Shown here one piece after another: positions 38,599-48,373 of a stretch of 64,000 nucleotides of DNA. The notes under the pieces are model-generated. The model did no database searches and was not told the origin of the DNA. It worked only from the letters and a program-made list of their open reading frames with translations. A program made the position numbers and the translations under genes. How positions within the stretch are numbered: position 1 is the stretch's first letter; each line of letters opens with the position of its first letter. Source of the stretch: Actinomycetota bacterium. GTDB taxonomy: Bacteria > Actinomycetota > Actinomycetes > Actinomycetales > Microbacteriaceae. The DNA lies in NCBI GenBank assembly GCA_039804765.1, contig JBDLVL010000002.1, positions 24,739 to 88,738 on the forward strand. Reading direction: 5' to 3'.

Positions 38599-39537
38599 CT
38601 ACCTTCTGGCCCGAGGGTGGGCTGTTCCGTAGATTTCGCGCAGTTTGTCTACCGTGACCAGCGTGTAAATCTGGGTTGTGGCCACCGATGAGTGGCCCAG
38701 CAGCTCCTGAACCACGCGCACATCGGCCCCGCCCTCAAGCAGGTGGGTGGCAAACGAGTGCCTAAAGGTGTGGGGTGAGATCTCCCCCGGGATTTCGGCT
38801 ACCCTGGCGGCCTCGCTGATGATCTGCCAGGCACTCTGACGGCTTAGCCTGCCCCCGCGCTGATTCAAGAACAGGGCCGGCGTTCCCTTGCCCTGGCCTA
38901 CCAAAGTTGGCCGGGTTCGCACCAGGTACGCCTCAAGTGCACGTTGAGCATAACCGCCCACTGGCACAATGCGCTCCTTGGACCCCTTACCAAACAGCCG
39001 AACCAAAGTTGGATCAACCAGGTCGTCTAGGTCTAGGTTGATTAGCTCACTGATACGGGCACCAGTGGCATAAAGCAGCTCCAACATTGCGCGATCCCTA
39101 ACTCTTACCGGGTCGGCAGCCATTGCGCTTTCATCAGCCGGGTCTGGCCCAGCGGCGGCCAAGAGCTTCTCTATCTGCTCAACCGTGATGGCCTTTGGTA
39201 GGTTTCGCGGGCTCTTTGGTGGCTTGACCGCGGCGGCCACATCGCCGACTGTGATGTTCTCTAGCAACCAGAACTTGTGCAGTCCACGCACGCCGGCCAA
39301 TACTCGGGCAACGGAGCTTGATATCAACCCCGATGTAACTTTGAGCGACTCAGCAAAATCGGTGATCACAAGTTCGGTGATCTGTTCCGGTGCAGTAAAG
39401 GCCTTGGCCTCAAGGAACGCGGCGTATCGGTTTAAATCAGCCCGATATGCTGCGATGGTGTTCTTGGCCATTCCGCGTTCGATGGTTAGGTGCCTTAGAT
39501 AGGCATCAATCAGTTGCGGGATTTGATTCTCAGCCAT
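38599..39537 (-). CDS. xerD: Site-specific tyrosine recombinase XerD
   Basis: NTIAAYRADL, RDRAMLELLYATGARISE, GKGSKER, SPHTFRHSFATHLL, LGHSSVATTQIY. Conserved pyrG-NUDIX-xerD context. Confidence 0.92.
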   Translation of the reverse strand: MAENQIPQLIDAYLRHLTIERGMAKNTIAAYRADLNRYAAFLEAKAFTAPEQITELVITDFAESLKVTSGLISSSVARVLAGVRGLHKFWLLENITVGDVAAAVKPPKSPRNLPKAITVEQIEKLLAAAGPDPADESAMAADPVRVRDRAMLELLYATGARISELINLDLDDLVDPTLVRLFGKGSKERIVPVGGYAQRALEAYLVRTRPTLVGQGKGTPALFLNQRGGRLSRQSAWQIISEAARVAEIPGEISPHTFRHSFATHLLEGGADVRVVQELLGHSSVATTQIYTLVTVDKLREIYGTAHPRARR

Positions 39538-40099
39538 TTGCGGCAACACCAAGCTGATGAGCCAGTGCCAAGATTGCGTATCCGGCACTTGGGCTGCGCA
39601 TTTCAGATTTCAAGACGCTGGCTAGAGCATCAGTAAGTGGAACCCAGCGAAGTTCAAGATCAACTTCTTCACCTTCAAGTTCTAAATCGTGCCCCTGCAA
39701 TCGCAGGTCTTGCGCCACAAAAACAGTGATGGTTTCATCGTTGCCTCCTGGTGTGGTGTGAAATTCGATTAGCTCTTGCCAAGCCTGAGCAATGTAGCCG
39801 GTTTCTTCCAGCAGTTCGCGCTTGGCTGCCTCAAGGCGAGCCTCACCTGGAACATCTAACAAGCCTGCCGGAATTTCCCAGAGGTATTCGCGTACCGGAT
39901 GACGGTATTGCTTGATCAGCAAGATCTCTTGTTGCTCGTTTAGTGCGATTACCGCAACCGCGCCTGGGTGCGCCACGAATTCGCGGACCAGTGTGGTGCC
40001 GTTGTAATCAAAACTTTCGCTGACGACGTCCCAGATTTTTCCCTTAAAGACAACGTCTCGCTTAGAAACACTAAGCGAGGCGTTTTGGTCAATAGGCAT
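39530..40099 (-). CDS. NUDIX hydrolase (ADP-ribose pyrophosphatase-like)
   Basis: HPGAVAV, QYRHP, WEIPAGLLDVPGE...AAKRELLEETG Nudix box. Confidence 0.9.
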   Translation of the reverse strand: MPIDQNASLSVSKRDVVFKGKIWDVVSESFDYNGTTLVREFVAHPGAVAVIALNEQQEILLIKQYRHPVREYLWEIPAGLLDVPGEARLEAAKRELLEETGYIAQAWQELIEFHTTPGGNDETITVFVAQDLRLQGHDLELEGEEVDLELRWVPLTDALASVLKSEMRSPSAGYAILALAHQLGVAANG

Positions 40100-40104
40100 A
40101 GGGC

Positions 40105-41787
40105 TTATGAGCCAGATACCTCGAACAATTTGTTCGAAGCCTGGCGTTCAATCGCAGCAACCACTAGACCCTTGAATAGCGGGTGTGCGTTGGTTGGACG
40201 AGAACGGAATTCAGGGTGAGCCTGAGTTGCCACGTAGTAAGGGTGAACTTCGCGCGGAAGCTCAACAAACTCAACTAGGTGATCGTCAGGTGAGGTACCA
40301 GAGAAAACCAATCCCTTTGCCGAGATCTGATCGCGGTAGGTGTTGTTAACTTCGTAGCGGTGACGGTGACGTTCTTCAACTGACTCAGCGCCGTAAACCT
40401 CGGCCACGATTGAGCCCGGCTTTAGTTTTGCGGTGTATAGGCCAAGGCGCATGGTTCCACCCATGTCTCCACCGGCGATAATGTCTACCTGCTCGGCCAT
40501 GGTTGCGATGACTGGGTACTTGGCTTCTTCATCGAACTCTGTTGACGAAGCGCCTTCGAGACCAACAACATTGCGGGCATACTCAATCACCATGCACTGC
40601 AAGCCAAGGCAAAGACCAAGCGCCGGAATCTTGTTTTCGCGCGCAAACTTCAATGCGCCAAGCTTTCCCTCGATACCGCGAACACCAAAACCACCAGGAA
40701 TACAGATGGCGTCAACGTCGGCAAGGGCTTCGCGTGCGCCTTCTTCTGTTTCGCAGTCGTCGGATGCAATCCACTTGATGTTGACCTTTGCCATGTTGGC
40801 GAAACCACCGGCACGAATTGCCTCGGTAACCGATAGGTAGGCATCTGGCAGGTCAATGTACTTTCCAACAAGACCAATACGAACTTCGTGCTTAGGGTGG
40901 TGAACTGCATCAAGCACTCCCTGCCAGCGACTCCAGTCAACCTCGCCGGCCTTTTCCTTAAGGCCCAGGCGTTCGATTACGTAGGTATCTAGGCCCTCCT
41001 CGTTAAGTACGGTAGGCACGTCGTAAATGCTTGATGCGTCAGCGGCGGTAATCACGGCCTTCTTATCGATGTCACACATCAAGGCAATTTTGTTCTTGAT
41101 CGAGTCTGGAAGCGCGCGATCGGTGCGGCAAACAACTGCGTCTGGCTGAATACCAATTGAACGAAGTGTTGCCACCGAGTGCTGGGTTGGCTTGGTCTTT
41201 AGCTCACCAGATGCGGCAAGGTACGGGACCAGCGAAACGTGAATATAGAAAACGTTGTCGCGGCCAACTTCGTGACGAATCTGACGGGCCGCCTCAATGA
41301 ATGGCTGCGACTCAATGTCGCCAACGGTTCCACCGATTTCAGTGATGATTACATCTGGCGCAGGCACATCGTGTGACTGCAAACGCATGCGGCGCTTGAT
41401 CTCGTTAGTGATGTGCGGAATTACCTGAACGGTGTCGCCCAAATACTCGCCGCGGCGCTCACGCGCAATCACAGTTGAGTAAATCTGACCGGTGGTTACG
41501 TTTGCCGATTGACCAAGGTTGATATCTAGGAAGCGCTCGTAGTGACCAATGTCCAGGTCTGTCTCGGCGCCATCATCGGTTACAAAAACTTCACCGTGCT
41601 GAAAAGGGTTCATTGTGCCTGGATCAACGTTTAGGTACGGATCCAACTTTTGCATTACGACCTTTAGGCCGCGGGCACGAAGTAGGTTGCCAAGACTCGA
41701 GGCGGTAAGGCCCTTACCGAGTGATGATGCAACACCTCCGGTGACGAAAATGTGACGTGTGATACCGGAATCCATTGCTTCTGCCAT
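40105..41787 (-). CDS. pyrG: CTP synthase
   Basis: [56 protein letters not shown] at 41787 preferred. Confidence 0.97.
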   Translation of the reverse strand: MAEAMDSGITRHIFVTGGVASSLGKGLTASSLGNLLRARGLKVVMQKLDPYLNVDPGTMNPFQHGEVFVTDDGAETDLDIGHYERFLDINLGQSANVTTGQIYSTVIARERRGEYLGDTVQVIPHITNEIKRRMRLQSHDVPAPDVIITEIGGTVGDIESQPFIEAARQIRHEVGRDNVFYIHVSLVPYLAASGELKTKPTQHSVATLRSIGIQPDAVVCRTDRALPDSIKNKIALMCDIDKKAVITAADASSIYDVPTVLNEEGLDTYVIERLGLKEKAGEVDWSRWQGVLDAVHHPKHEVRIGLVGKYIDLPDAYLSVTEAIRAGGFANMAKVNIKWIASDDCETEEGAREALADVDAICIPGGFGVRGIEGKLGALKFARENKIPALGLCLGLQCMVIEYARNVVGLEGASSTEFDEEAKYPVIATMAEQVDIIAGGDMGGTMRLGLYTAKLKPGSIVAEVYGAESVEERHRHRYEVNNTYRDQISAKGLVFSGTSPDDHLVEFVELPREVHPYYVATQAHPEFRSRPTNAHPLFKGLVVAAIERQASNKLFEVSGS

Positions 41788-41860
41788 GGAATTTAACCCT
41801 ACCAGCGAACCGCAACACCAATGACCCAGCGACATGCTGACGGCCTTTAAATATGGGGAT

Positions 41861-43564
41861 TTAGGCGAATTCGGCGTGCGCTTTTTCAAGCAATTCGGCG
41901 GCGTGGGTGCGCCCCGAGTCAGACTCTGGCATTCCCGATAGCATTCGCGCTAGCTCGTTTACCCGGTCTTCAGTGTCTAGGGCAACAACGTCGGTAGCGG
42001 TGAATTCATCGGTGCTGTTTTTGAGCACGCGCAGATGCTGATTTGCGAATGCGGCAACCTGAGCCAAGTGAGTCACCACGATTACCTGAGCCTGTTTTGC
42101 GAGCATTGCCAAACGACGGCCAACCTCAATTGCGGCTGCACCGCCAACTCCGGCATCAACTTCGTCGAAGATAAAGGTTGGTGCTTGCTCGGTTTGCGCC
42201 AATACAACTTCAATCGCCAACATGATGCGCGAAAGCTCGCCGCCACTGGCACCCTTACCAAGTGGTCTTGGCTCGGCACCCGGGTAAGACGAAAGCTGAA
42301 TAGACACCAGGTCTTTCCCGAATGATCCAAATTCCGGAGCCTGGGCAACATCGACCACCAGGGTTGAACCACTCATCGCAAGTGCGGCGAGCTCGGCGGT
42401 CACCTGATCGGCAAGTTTCACCGCTGCGCTCTTGCGTGCGGCAGAAAGCCTTTCGGCCGCCGCGGTCACTGCCTGGTGCTCCTGCTCTACCTGCAACGTG
42501 AGTTTTTCAATCAGATCAGATGATGAATCAAGTTCAAGCAGGCGATCGCTTGCGCTCTCGCGAAGTTTGATCACATCATCAAGCGTTGGGCCGTACTTGC
42601 GGATCAAAACGTTCAAGACTGCGCGGCGTTCTTGAATTGCTTCAAGCTCACGAGCCGAATCGCCGTAAAGCCCATCTAGGTAACCGGATATCTCGGCAGC
42701 GGCGTCGTTTAGTTGATAGCCAAGTTGTTTCAGTGACTCGGCGATTTTCTCTAGCTCAGGGTCATGTGCCGAAACCTGCTCTAGCGCACGACGAGCAACG
42801 CCAATCAAACCAATTGCATCGGTAGCGCCGTCAAAAGTTTCGCTAGAGATTGCTTCGTGTGCGGAGCTTGCCGCAATGCGGAGTTCCTCAACGTGGGTTA
42901 GTCGGTTGGCCTTGTCAGTGAGTTCTTGGTCTTCGCCCGGCTTCGGATCAGCCGCCTCAAGCTCATCAACCGCGGCACGAAGTTCGCTAGCTTCTCTAGC
43001 GCGCGCATCAAGGGCTGATTGGATTTCTACCAACTGAGCAGTCGCAGACTTCCAAGTCTGAAAGTGATTTTGGTATTCGGTTAGCTGACCGGCAACACCA
43101 GCAAATTGATCTAGCGCCTCGCGTTGAGCGGACGCACTCTTCAAACGAATCTGATCCGACTGGCCATGCACCACGACCAACTTCTCGCCTAGTTCACTCA
43201 GCAAATTAATTGGTGCGGCTTTTCCAGACACCGATGCTCGGCCACGCCCCTCACTGGATACCGAACGATTCATGATTAGTTCGCCATCGGAAATTTCTGC
43301 ACCAGCCTCGGAAAGCCGCTCGGTTATCTGTGAGGAAATATCGGTGTTGTTTTTTAGAAACCAACGACCTTCAACAAAGGATTGGTGTTGACCACGACGA
43401 ATTGAAGCGGTGTCTGAACGCTCGCCAAGCAACAAGCCAAGAGCAGACAGCACCATGGTTTTTCCGGCGCCGGTTTCGCCAGTGATTACGGTGAGTCCTG
43501 GGCCAAAGGCAAGCCGTGCTTCTTGAATGACACCCAGATCGCGGATGTAAATTTCTTCAATCAC
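41861..43564 (-). CDS. recN: DNA repair protein RecN
   Basis: [40 protein letters not shown]. Confidence 0.96.
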   Translation of the reverse strand: MIEEIYIRDLGVIQEARLAFGPGLTVITGETGAGKTMVLSALGLLLGERSDTASIRRGQHQSFVEGRWFLKNNTDISSQITERLSEAGAEISDGELIMNRSVSSEGRGRASVSGKAAPINLLSELGEKLVVVHGQSDQIRLKSASAQREALDQFAGVAGQLTEYQNHFQTWKSATAQLVEIQSALDARAREASELRAAVDELEAADPKPGEDQELTDKANRLTHVEELRIAASSAHEAISSETFDGATDAIGLIGVARRALEQVSAHDPELEKIAESLKQLGYQLNDAAAEISGYLDGLYGDSARELEAIQERRAVLNVLIRKYGPTLDDVIKLRESASDRLLELDSSSDLIEKLTLQVEQEHQAVTAAAERLSAARKSAAVKLADQVTAELAALAMSGSTLVVDVAQAPEFGSFGKDLVSIQLSSYPGAEPRPLGKGASGGELSRIMLAIEVVLAQTEQAPTFIFDEVDAGVGGAAAIEVGRRLAMLAKQAQVIVVTHLAQVAAFANQHLRVLKNSTDEFTATDVVALDTEDRVNELARMLSGMPESDSGRTHAAELLEKAHAEFA

Positions 43565-43579
43565 GATAAGTTCCGAAAC

Positions 43580-44527
43580 CTAGTTGGCAGAATCTTCTGG
43601 TCCACGCCAACCGGCGACTGGAAGTGAGAACTTCTTTACAAGACGATCGGTGAATGTGCTGGTGCGAAGACGAGCCAACTTTACCGGAGTCTCTGATTTG
43701 GTAACTTCAACTCGCGCACCGGTTGGTAGCTTCCAACTGCGGCGGCCATCGCACCAAAGCACACCATCACCTGAACTGCGCTGAAGAACTTCAACGGCAA
43801 CCATTGCGTTTGGTTTGATCACTAGTGGACGAGCAAAAAGTGCGTGGGCACTGATTGGTACGACCAACAAGGCATCAACCGATGGCCAAACCACCGGACC
43901 ACCGGCGGAGAACGCGTAGGCAGTTGAACCGGTTGGCGTTGACATCACAATTCCGTCGCATCCAAAACTTGAAAGTGGGTGGCCCTCTACCTCGATAACA
44001 ACCTCAAGCATGCGCTCACTGGCGCTCTTCTCAACGGTTGCCTCGTTCAGCGCCCAGGTGCGGAAAACCTCTTTGCCGTCAACGATTACTGCAACATCAA
44101 GAGTTAGACGTTCCTTGATTACGTAGTCGCGCTCAACCACGCGGTGCACTGCCTCTGTGAATTCCTCGCGCTCGGACTCGGCAAGGAAGCCCACATGACC
44201 AAGGTTGATTCCCATAAGTGGAATTGAATGTTCGCGAACGATCTCTGCGGCCTTAAGAATTGTTCCGTCACCGCCAAGCACAACGACCAGTTCAAGTTGG
44301 CTCATCTTGCAATCTGCGTCTAAAACTTTTACATTTTCCAACGCTTCTGCGGTGAGAACCTGGTTGGCAACGTGTGTTCGCAGGTCATCAAGATCAGCTG
44401 CGGTTAACACCGGAGTAATTCCAGCAGAGTGCAATTGCTCGATGGCGACCTGGGCCGCCGCGACGGCATCGGTGCGCCCGGTGTGGGCAACGACTAGAAC
44501 ATAGCGAGACGCGTTGGTCTGGCTCAT
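43580..44527 (-). CDS. nadK: NAD kinase
   Basis: LGGDGT, GINLGHVGFL, ALNE, DG..STPTGSTAYAFSAGGP. Confidence 0.95.
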   Translation of the reverse strand: MSQTNASRYVLVVAHTGRTDAVAAAQVAIEQLHSAGITPVLTAADLDDLRTHVANQVLTAEALENVKVLDADCKMSQLELVVVLGGDGTILKAAEIVREHSIPLMGINLGHVGFLAESEREEFTEAVHRVVERDYVIKERLTLDVAVIVDGKEVFRTWALNEATVEKSASERMLEVVIEVEGHPLSSFGCDGIVMSTPTGSTAYAFSAGGPVVWPSVDALLVVPISAHALFARPLVIKPNAMVAVEVLQRSSGDGVLWCDGRRSWKLPTGARVEVTKSETPVKLARLRTSTFTDRLVKKFSLPVAGWRGPEDSAN

Positions 44528-45333
44528 TTGCTCTCCTTCGCTACCGACTCAATCCTGTCTGTCCATTTTGACTGATTTACAGGCTCATTTGGACTAATCC
44601 ACAAAACATACTCAACATTCCCATGAGTACCAGGCAGTTCGCTGCGCTCTAGCCCGCGAATTCCCATACCTAGCTTGGCCGCCTCGTCGGCAACCTGCTT
44701 GATTGCGCCGGCGCGAAGATTATGGTCGTTGACCAATCCGTGGGCGCTCAGCGATTGCTTGCCCACTTCAAACTGGGGCTTGACCAATAGAACGAACTCG
44801 GCGCGAGGGGCCACAGACAACATTTGCGCCAACACCAAAGTCAGAGAAATGAACGAAAGGTCGCCAACCACAACATCAATGTTTATGTGCGACTGAGGAA
44901 TACCGGTGCGTTCAGAGAGAGTCTCCGGAGTTAATTCGCGGGCATTGAAGCCCTCAACACAAATTACCTTTGGGTGCTCGAATAGTTGCTCAACCATTTG
45001 CTCGTGGCCAACGTCAATTGCAAAAACCTTCTCGACTCCCCTGCGCAACAACACATCGGTGAAGCCACCGGTTGAGGCACCCACATCAAGTGCGGTCTTG
45101 CCAACCAGGTCAATCTGGGTGAAAACATCAAGCGCCTTGGCAAGCTTGTGCCCTGCGCGTGAAACATAGTCAACTGCATCAAGAACGGAAATTTTGTCGT
45201 TCTCTTCAACGTTTTGTGATGATTTGCGGGCGGCCTTGCCGTTAACCAGTACTCGATCAGATTCCACCAAAGAGGATGCGTGATTTCTTGATCTTGCTAG
45301 GCCGCGCTCTACCAGTGCTAGATCGATGCGCAT
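44524..45333 (-). CDS. tlyA: TlyA-family rRNA 2'-O-methyltransferase
   Basis: S4 domain (GLARSR), YVSRAGHKL, LDVGASTGGFTD, DLSFISL, VKPQFE, GNVEY. Confidence 0.95.
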   Translation of the reverse strand: MRIDLALVERGLARSRNHASSLVESDRVLVNGKAARKSSQNVEENDKISVLDAVDYVSRAGHKLAKALDVFTQIDLVGKTALDVGASTGGFTDVLLRRGVEKVFAIDVGHEQMVEQLFEHPKVICVEGFNARELTPETLSERTGIPQSHINIDVVVGDLSFISLTLVLAQMLSVAPRAEFVLLVKPQFEVGKQSLSAHGLVNDHNLRAGAIKQVADEAAKLGMGIRGLERSELPGTHGNVEYVLWISPNEPVNQSKWTDRIESVAKESK

Positions 45334-45335
45334 TT

Positions 45336-45914
45336 TTAGTCCTCTGGTAATTCTTCGAAGAGACCGCCAGGTGGGGTCACTGTGATCTCGCCCTTTGCGA
45401 TATCAACGGTTGGTGCAAAAGCCTTAATGAACGGCATCAGAACTTCGCCGGTTGCTGTCTCTATCGCTAGGCAGTCTTGAGCAGGTAGGTGCTCTACGCG
45501 AATTACAGAACCAATTTGAATTCCATCGCGAATGATTTTTAGTCCAACAAGTTGGTGGTCGTACCAGGCGTCTGGTTCTTCAGGCAAAATTTCAAGATCC
45601 GCATCAACCAAAAGTATTGCTTTGACTAATGTGTCTGCGCCATTGCGGTCTTCTACCTCATTAAGAAACAGAACCGGGGCTGCGTTGTAATAGCGAAGTT
45701 CCTTAACCGATACGGTTTTTCCAAACCAAGGTGAAGACTCTGGAACTTGGAGCATCAATACCGCGCCAACCTTGAAACGAGTTTCAGGGCTGTCGGTGTA
45801 GAGCTCGAGTTTGAACGCTCCTTTTAGACCGTGGGCCTTGACCAATCGGCCAACACGGAGCGTGGTCTTACTAGAAATCGGTATCCACCACGTCGACGCG
45901 TACCTTCTTGCCAT
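45336..45914 (-). CDS. rimM: Ribosome maturation factor RimM (start codon unresolved)
   Basis: LRVGRLVKAHGLKG, WYDHQLVGL, PAQD, PFIKAF..VD, PPGGL. Nearest upstream ATG is 45914, inside khpA; an ATT at 45878 is an alternative. Confidence 0.9.
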   Translation of the reverse strand: MARRYASTWWIPISSKTTLRVGRLVKAHGLKGAFKLELYTDSPETRFKVGAVLMLQVPESSPWFGKTVSVKELRYYNAAPVLFLNEVEDRNGADTLVKAILLVDADLEILPEEPDAWYDHQLVGLKIIRDGIQIGSVIRVEHLPAQDCLAIETATGEVLMPFIKAFAPTVDIAKGEITVTPPGGLFEELPED

Positions 45915-46107
45915 CGGCAAGAGCATTCACGACAGTACGCAGTGATTTGGCTGTGCGGCCGTTGCGCCCGATCACACGACCCAGGTCATCTGGGTGCACG
46001 TGAACCTCAAGCAAGTCTCCTCGCGAAGTTGTGCGTGCAGTCACGGTAGCGTCTTCAGGATTGTCGACGATGCCTTTGACTAGGTGCTCGAGCGCAGCGG
46101 CTAACAC
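45871..46107 (-). CDS. khpA: KH-domain RNA-binding protein KhpA
   Basis: LEHLVKGIVDNP, VHPDDLGRVIGRNGRTA (GxxG loop). Between rpsP and rimM. Confidence 0.92.
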   Translation of the reverse strand: MLAAALEHLVKGIVDNPEDATVTARTTSRGDLLEVHVHPDDLGRVIGRNGRTAKSLRTVVNALADGKKVRVDVVDTDF

Positions 46108-46110
46108 TTA

Positions 46111-46668
46111 TTAAGCCTCTTCGTTTACAGCAGCTTCTTCAGCCGCTGGTGCCTCTGGAGTTTCGTCAGCAGCGTCAGCTACTGCGTCCTCAACTGATGC
46201 AACTGCTTCGTTGGCTGCATCTGCAGCCTCAGCAACAACATCTTCGGCAGGTGTGTTAACTTCAGCTTCTGCAGCAGGTGCTTCTTCAGCAACTGGTGCA
46301 GCCTTCTTTGCAGCAACCTGCTCCTTAGGAACAAGAACAGTCTTCTTCTTGGTGTCGATCTCGAAAACGGCCTTAGGCTCTGCAAGCTTTACGGTGTTCT
46401 TCGCGGTCTTGTCACCCTTTGATGCCTGGTAGTCACCAGTCAGCTTTAGAAGTACTGCAACCTGCTCGGTTGGCTGTGCGCCAACGCCAAGCCAGTACTG
46501 AGCGCGCTCAGAGTTAACTTCAATGATTGATGGGTTGTTGGTGGGTACGTAACGACCGATTTCTTCGATCACGCGACCATCACGGTGTGTACGTGAGTCA
46601 GCCACAACGATGCGGTAGTGCGGGGTACGGATTTTTCCGTGACGTGCTAGGCGGATTTTTACAGCCAA
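46111..46668 (-). CDS. rpsP: 30S ribosomal protein S16 with an Ala/Glu-rich C-terminal tail
   Basis: [10 protein letters not shown]...[31 protein letters not shown] at 46668 follows AGGAG. Confidence 0.96.
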   Translation of the reverse strand: MAVKIRLARHGKIRTPHYRIVVADSRTHRDGRVIEEIGRYVPTNNPSIIEVNSERAQYWLGVGAQPTEQVAVLLKLTGDYQASKGDKTAKNTVKLAEPKAVFEIDTKKKTVLVPKEQVAAKKAAPVAEEAPAAEAEVNTPAEDVVAEAADAANEAVASVEDAVADAADETPEAPAAEEAAVNEEA

Positions 46669-46708
46669 CGTATTGCTCCTGATTATTCGTATTGAGGCGA
46701 ACGATCTA

Positions 46709-46796
46709 CCGTGAGCGTGGGGGCACACTCGGAAGAAAAAGCTCTGTGGGTTGTCGTAATCGTTTGGTTAGAGGGTCAAACGGCGACAACCGCTCT
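46709..46796 (-). promoter_or_regulatory. Structured 5' leader of rpsP (two hairpins)
   Basis: - strand hairpin 1 GGTTGTCG-C-CGTTTG-ACCCTCTAAC-CAAACG-ATTA-CGACAACC (46791-46749); hairpin 2 GAGTGTG-CCCC-CACGCTC (within 46732-46709). Confidence 0.6.
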
Positions 46797-46847
46797 ATTC
46801 TGCCAGAAAATCCGGCATGGCGCTAGTTAGCAAGGGGTTTAGCCCGC

Positions 46848-48362
46848 CTAGCCACCCAAGCCAAATGCAGAACCGGACCCCGATGAACCCTCGCCAGGCT
46901 TCTGCCCCAGCGCGCGAGCAGCTTCTTCGGCTGCACGTTTTGCCGGATTACCCGACTTTGAGCCCTTTTTCTTGTCCTTAGCCTTGGCTTTACCGCCGCC
47001 GAAGCCGCCACCCATGCCCGGCAATCCCGGCATTCCCTGCATTCCAGGCATTTGCGGCACGCCGCCCTTGGCCACGGTCTTCATCATCTTGGCTGCCTGC
47101 TCAAAACGGTTCACCAGCGAGTTCACATCGGTGACTGTCATGCCGGAACCCTTGGCAATGCGCGAACGGCGAGAGCCATTCAAAAGCTTTGGCTGACGAC
47201 GCTCGGCTGGGGTCATCGAGCGAATTATGGCCTCGGTGCGGTCGATCTCTTTTTCGTCAAAGTTCTCAAGTTGCTGACGCATCTGACCGGCGCCCGGCAT
47301 CATGGCCAACATGCTCTTGAGCGAGCCCATCTTCTTTAGCTGCTGCATCTGATCCAAGAAGTCTTCAAGTGTGAAGGTCTCCTTGGCCAGTTTCTCGGCC
47401 ATGGCACGAGCTTCTGTTTCATCAAAATTCTTTTGGGTCTGCTCGATCAGAGTCAGCACGTCACCCATATCCAGAATTCGGCTGGCCATGCGGTCTGGGT
47501 AGAACGGTTCGAAGGCATCCATCGACTCGCCGTTTGATGCGAACAGAATTGGCTTGCCAGTTACAGAGGCCACCGATAGCGCCGCACCACCGCGAGCATC
47601 GCCATCTAGCTTGGTCAACACGACACCGGTAATTCCAACGCCCTCGTCAAATGCCTTGGCAACGTTGACTGCGTCTTGACCAATCATCGAGTCAATTACA
47701 AATAGGACTTCGTCAGGGTCAACTGCCTTGCGAATATCTTTGGCCTGGGTCATCAACTCTTCATCAATACCCAAACGACCAGCGGTATCGACGATGACAA
47801 CGCTGAACATCTTTTGTTTTGCGTGCTTGATGGAATCCTTGGCAACGCTGACTGGATTACCAACGCCGTTGCCAGGCTCTGGTGCAAAAACCGGAACATC
47901 AATTCTTTCGCCAACGACTTGAAGTTGGTTAACTGCGTTTGGTCGCTGCAAGTCGGCCGCAACAAGAATTGGAGTTTGACCTTGGTCTTTCAACCACTTG
48001 GCAAGTTTTCCGGCAAGTGTTGTTTTACCAGAACCCTGCAAACCGGCAAGCATGATTACGGTTGGTGCAGTCTTCGCAAATGAAAGCTTTCGCTGCTGCC
48101 CACCAAGAATCTTGACGAGCTCTTCGTTAACAATTTGCACAACCTGTTGTGCCGGGTTGAGAGCCTTTGAAACCTCGTCGCCAAGCGCCCGATCGCGCAC
48201 CGCGGTGGTGAAGTTTTTCACAACGTCAAGCGCAACGTCTGCCTCAAGTAGTGCGCGGCGAATTTCGCGAAGAGTTGCGTCAATGTCGGCCGGACTTAGC
48301 TTGCCTTTGCTGCGCAGGTTTTTGAAAGTCTCAATGAGACGATCTGAAAGATTTCCGAACAT
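46848..48362 (-). CDS. ffh: Signal recognition particle protein
   Basis: ALLEADV, GLQGSGKTT, DTAGR, TKLDGDARGG, RILDMGD, M domain IIRSMT..ER, G/M-rich tail. Confidence 0.97.
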   Translation of the reverse strand: MFGNLSDRLIETFKNLRSKGKLSPADIDATLREIRRALLEADVALDVVKNFTTAVRDRALGDEVSKALNPAQQVVQIVNEELVKILGGQQRKLSFAKTAPTVIMLAGLQGSGKTTLAGKLAKWLKDQGQTPILVAADLQRPNAVNQLQVVGERIDVPVFAPEPGNGVGNPVSVAKDSIKHAKQKMFSVVIVDTAGRLGIDEELMTQAKDIRKAVDPDEVLFVIDSMIGQDAVNVAKAFDEGVGITGVVLTKLDGDARGGAALSVASVTGKPILFASNGESMDAFEPFYPDRMASRILDMGDVLTLIEQTQKNFDETEARAMAEKLAKETFTLEDFLDQMQQLKKMGSLKSMLAMMPGAGQMRQQLENFDEKEIDRTEAIIRSMTPAERRQPKLLNGSRRSRIAKGSGMTVTDVNSLVNRFEQAAKMMKTVAKGGVPQMPGMQGMPGLPGMGGGFGGGKAKAKDKKKGSKSGNPAKRAAEEAARALGQKPGEGSSGSGSAFGLGG

Positions 48363-48373
48363 TACTCCCCTCC

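Noticed and set aside
38599-39537. Tyrosine recombinase as a possible prophage or island integrase
   Set aside because: Sequence and pyrG-NUDIX-xerD-parA-scpAB context match housekeeping XerD; no att-like repeats, tRNA or cargo genes nearby.
44524-45333. tlyA as a haemolysin or virulence gene
   Set aside because: Motifs are those of the rRNA methyltransferase in its standard tlyA-nadK-recN setting.
46860-47070. Gly/Met/Pro repeats at the ffh 3' end
   Set aside because: Ordinary low-complexity Ffh tail, not a DNA repeat element.
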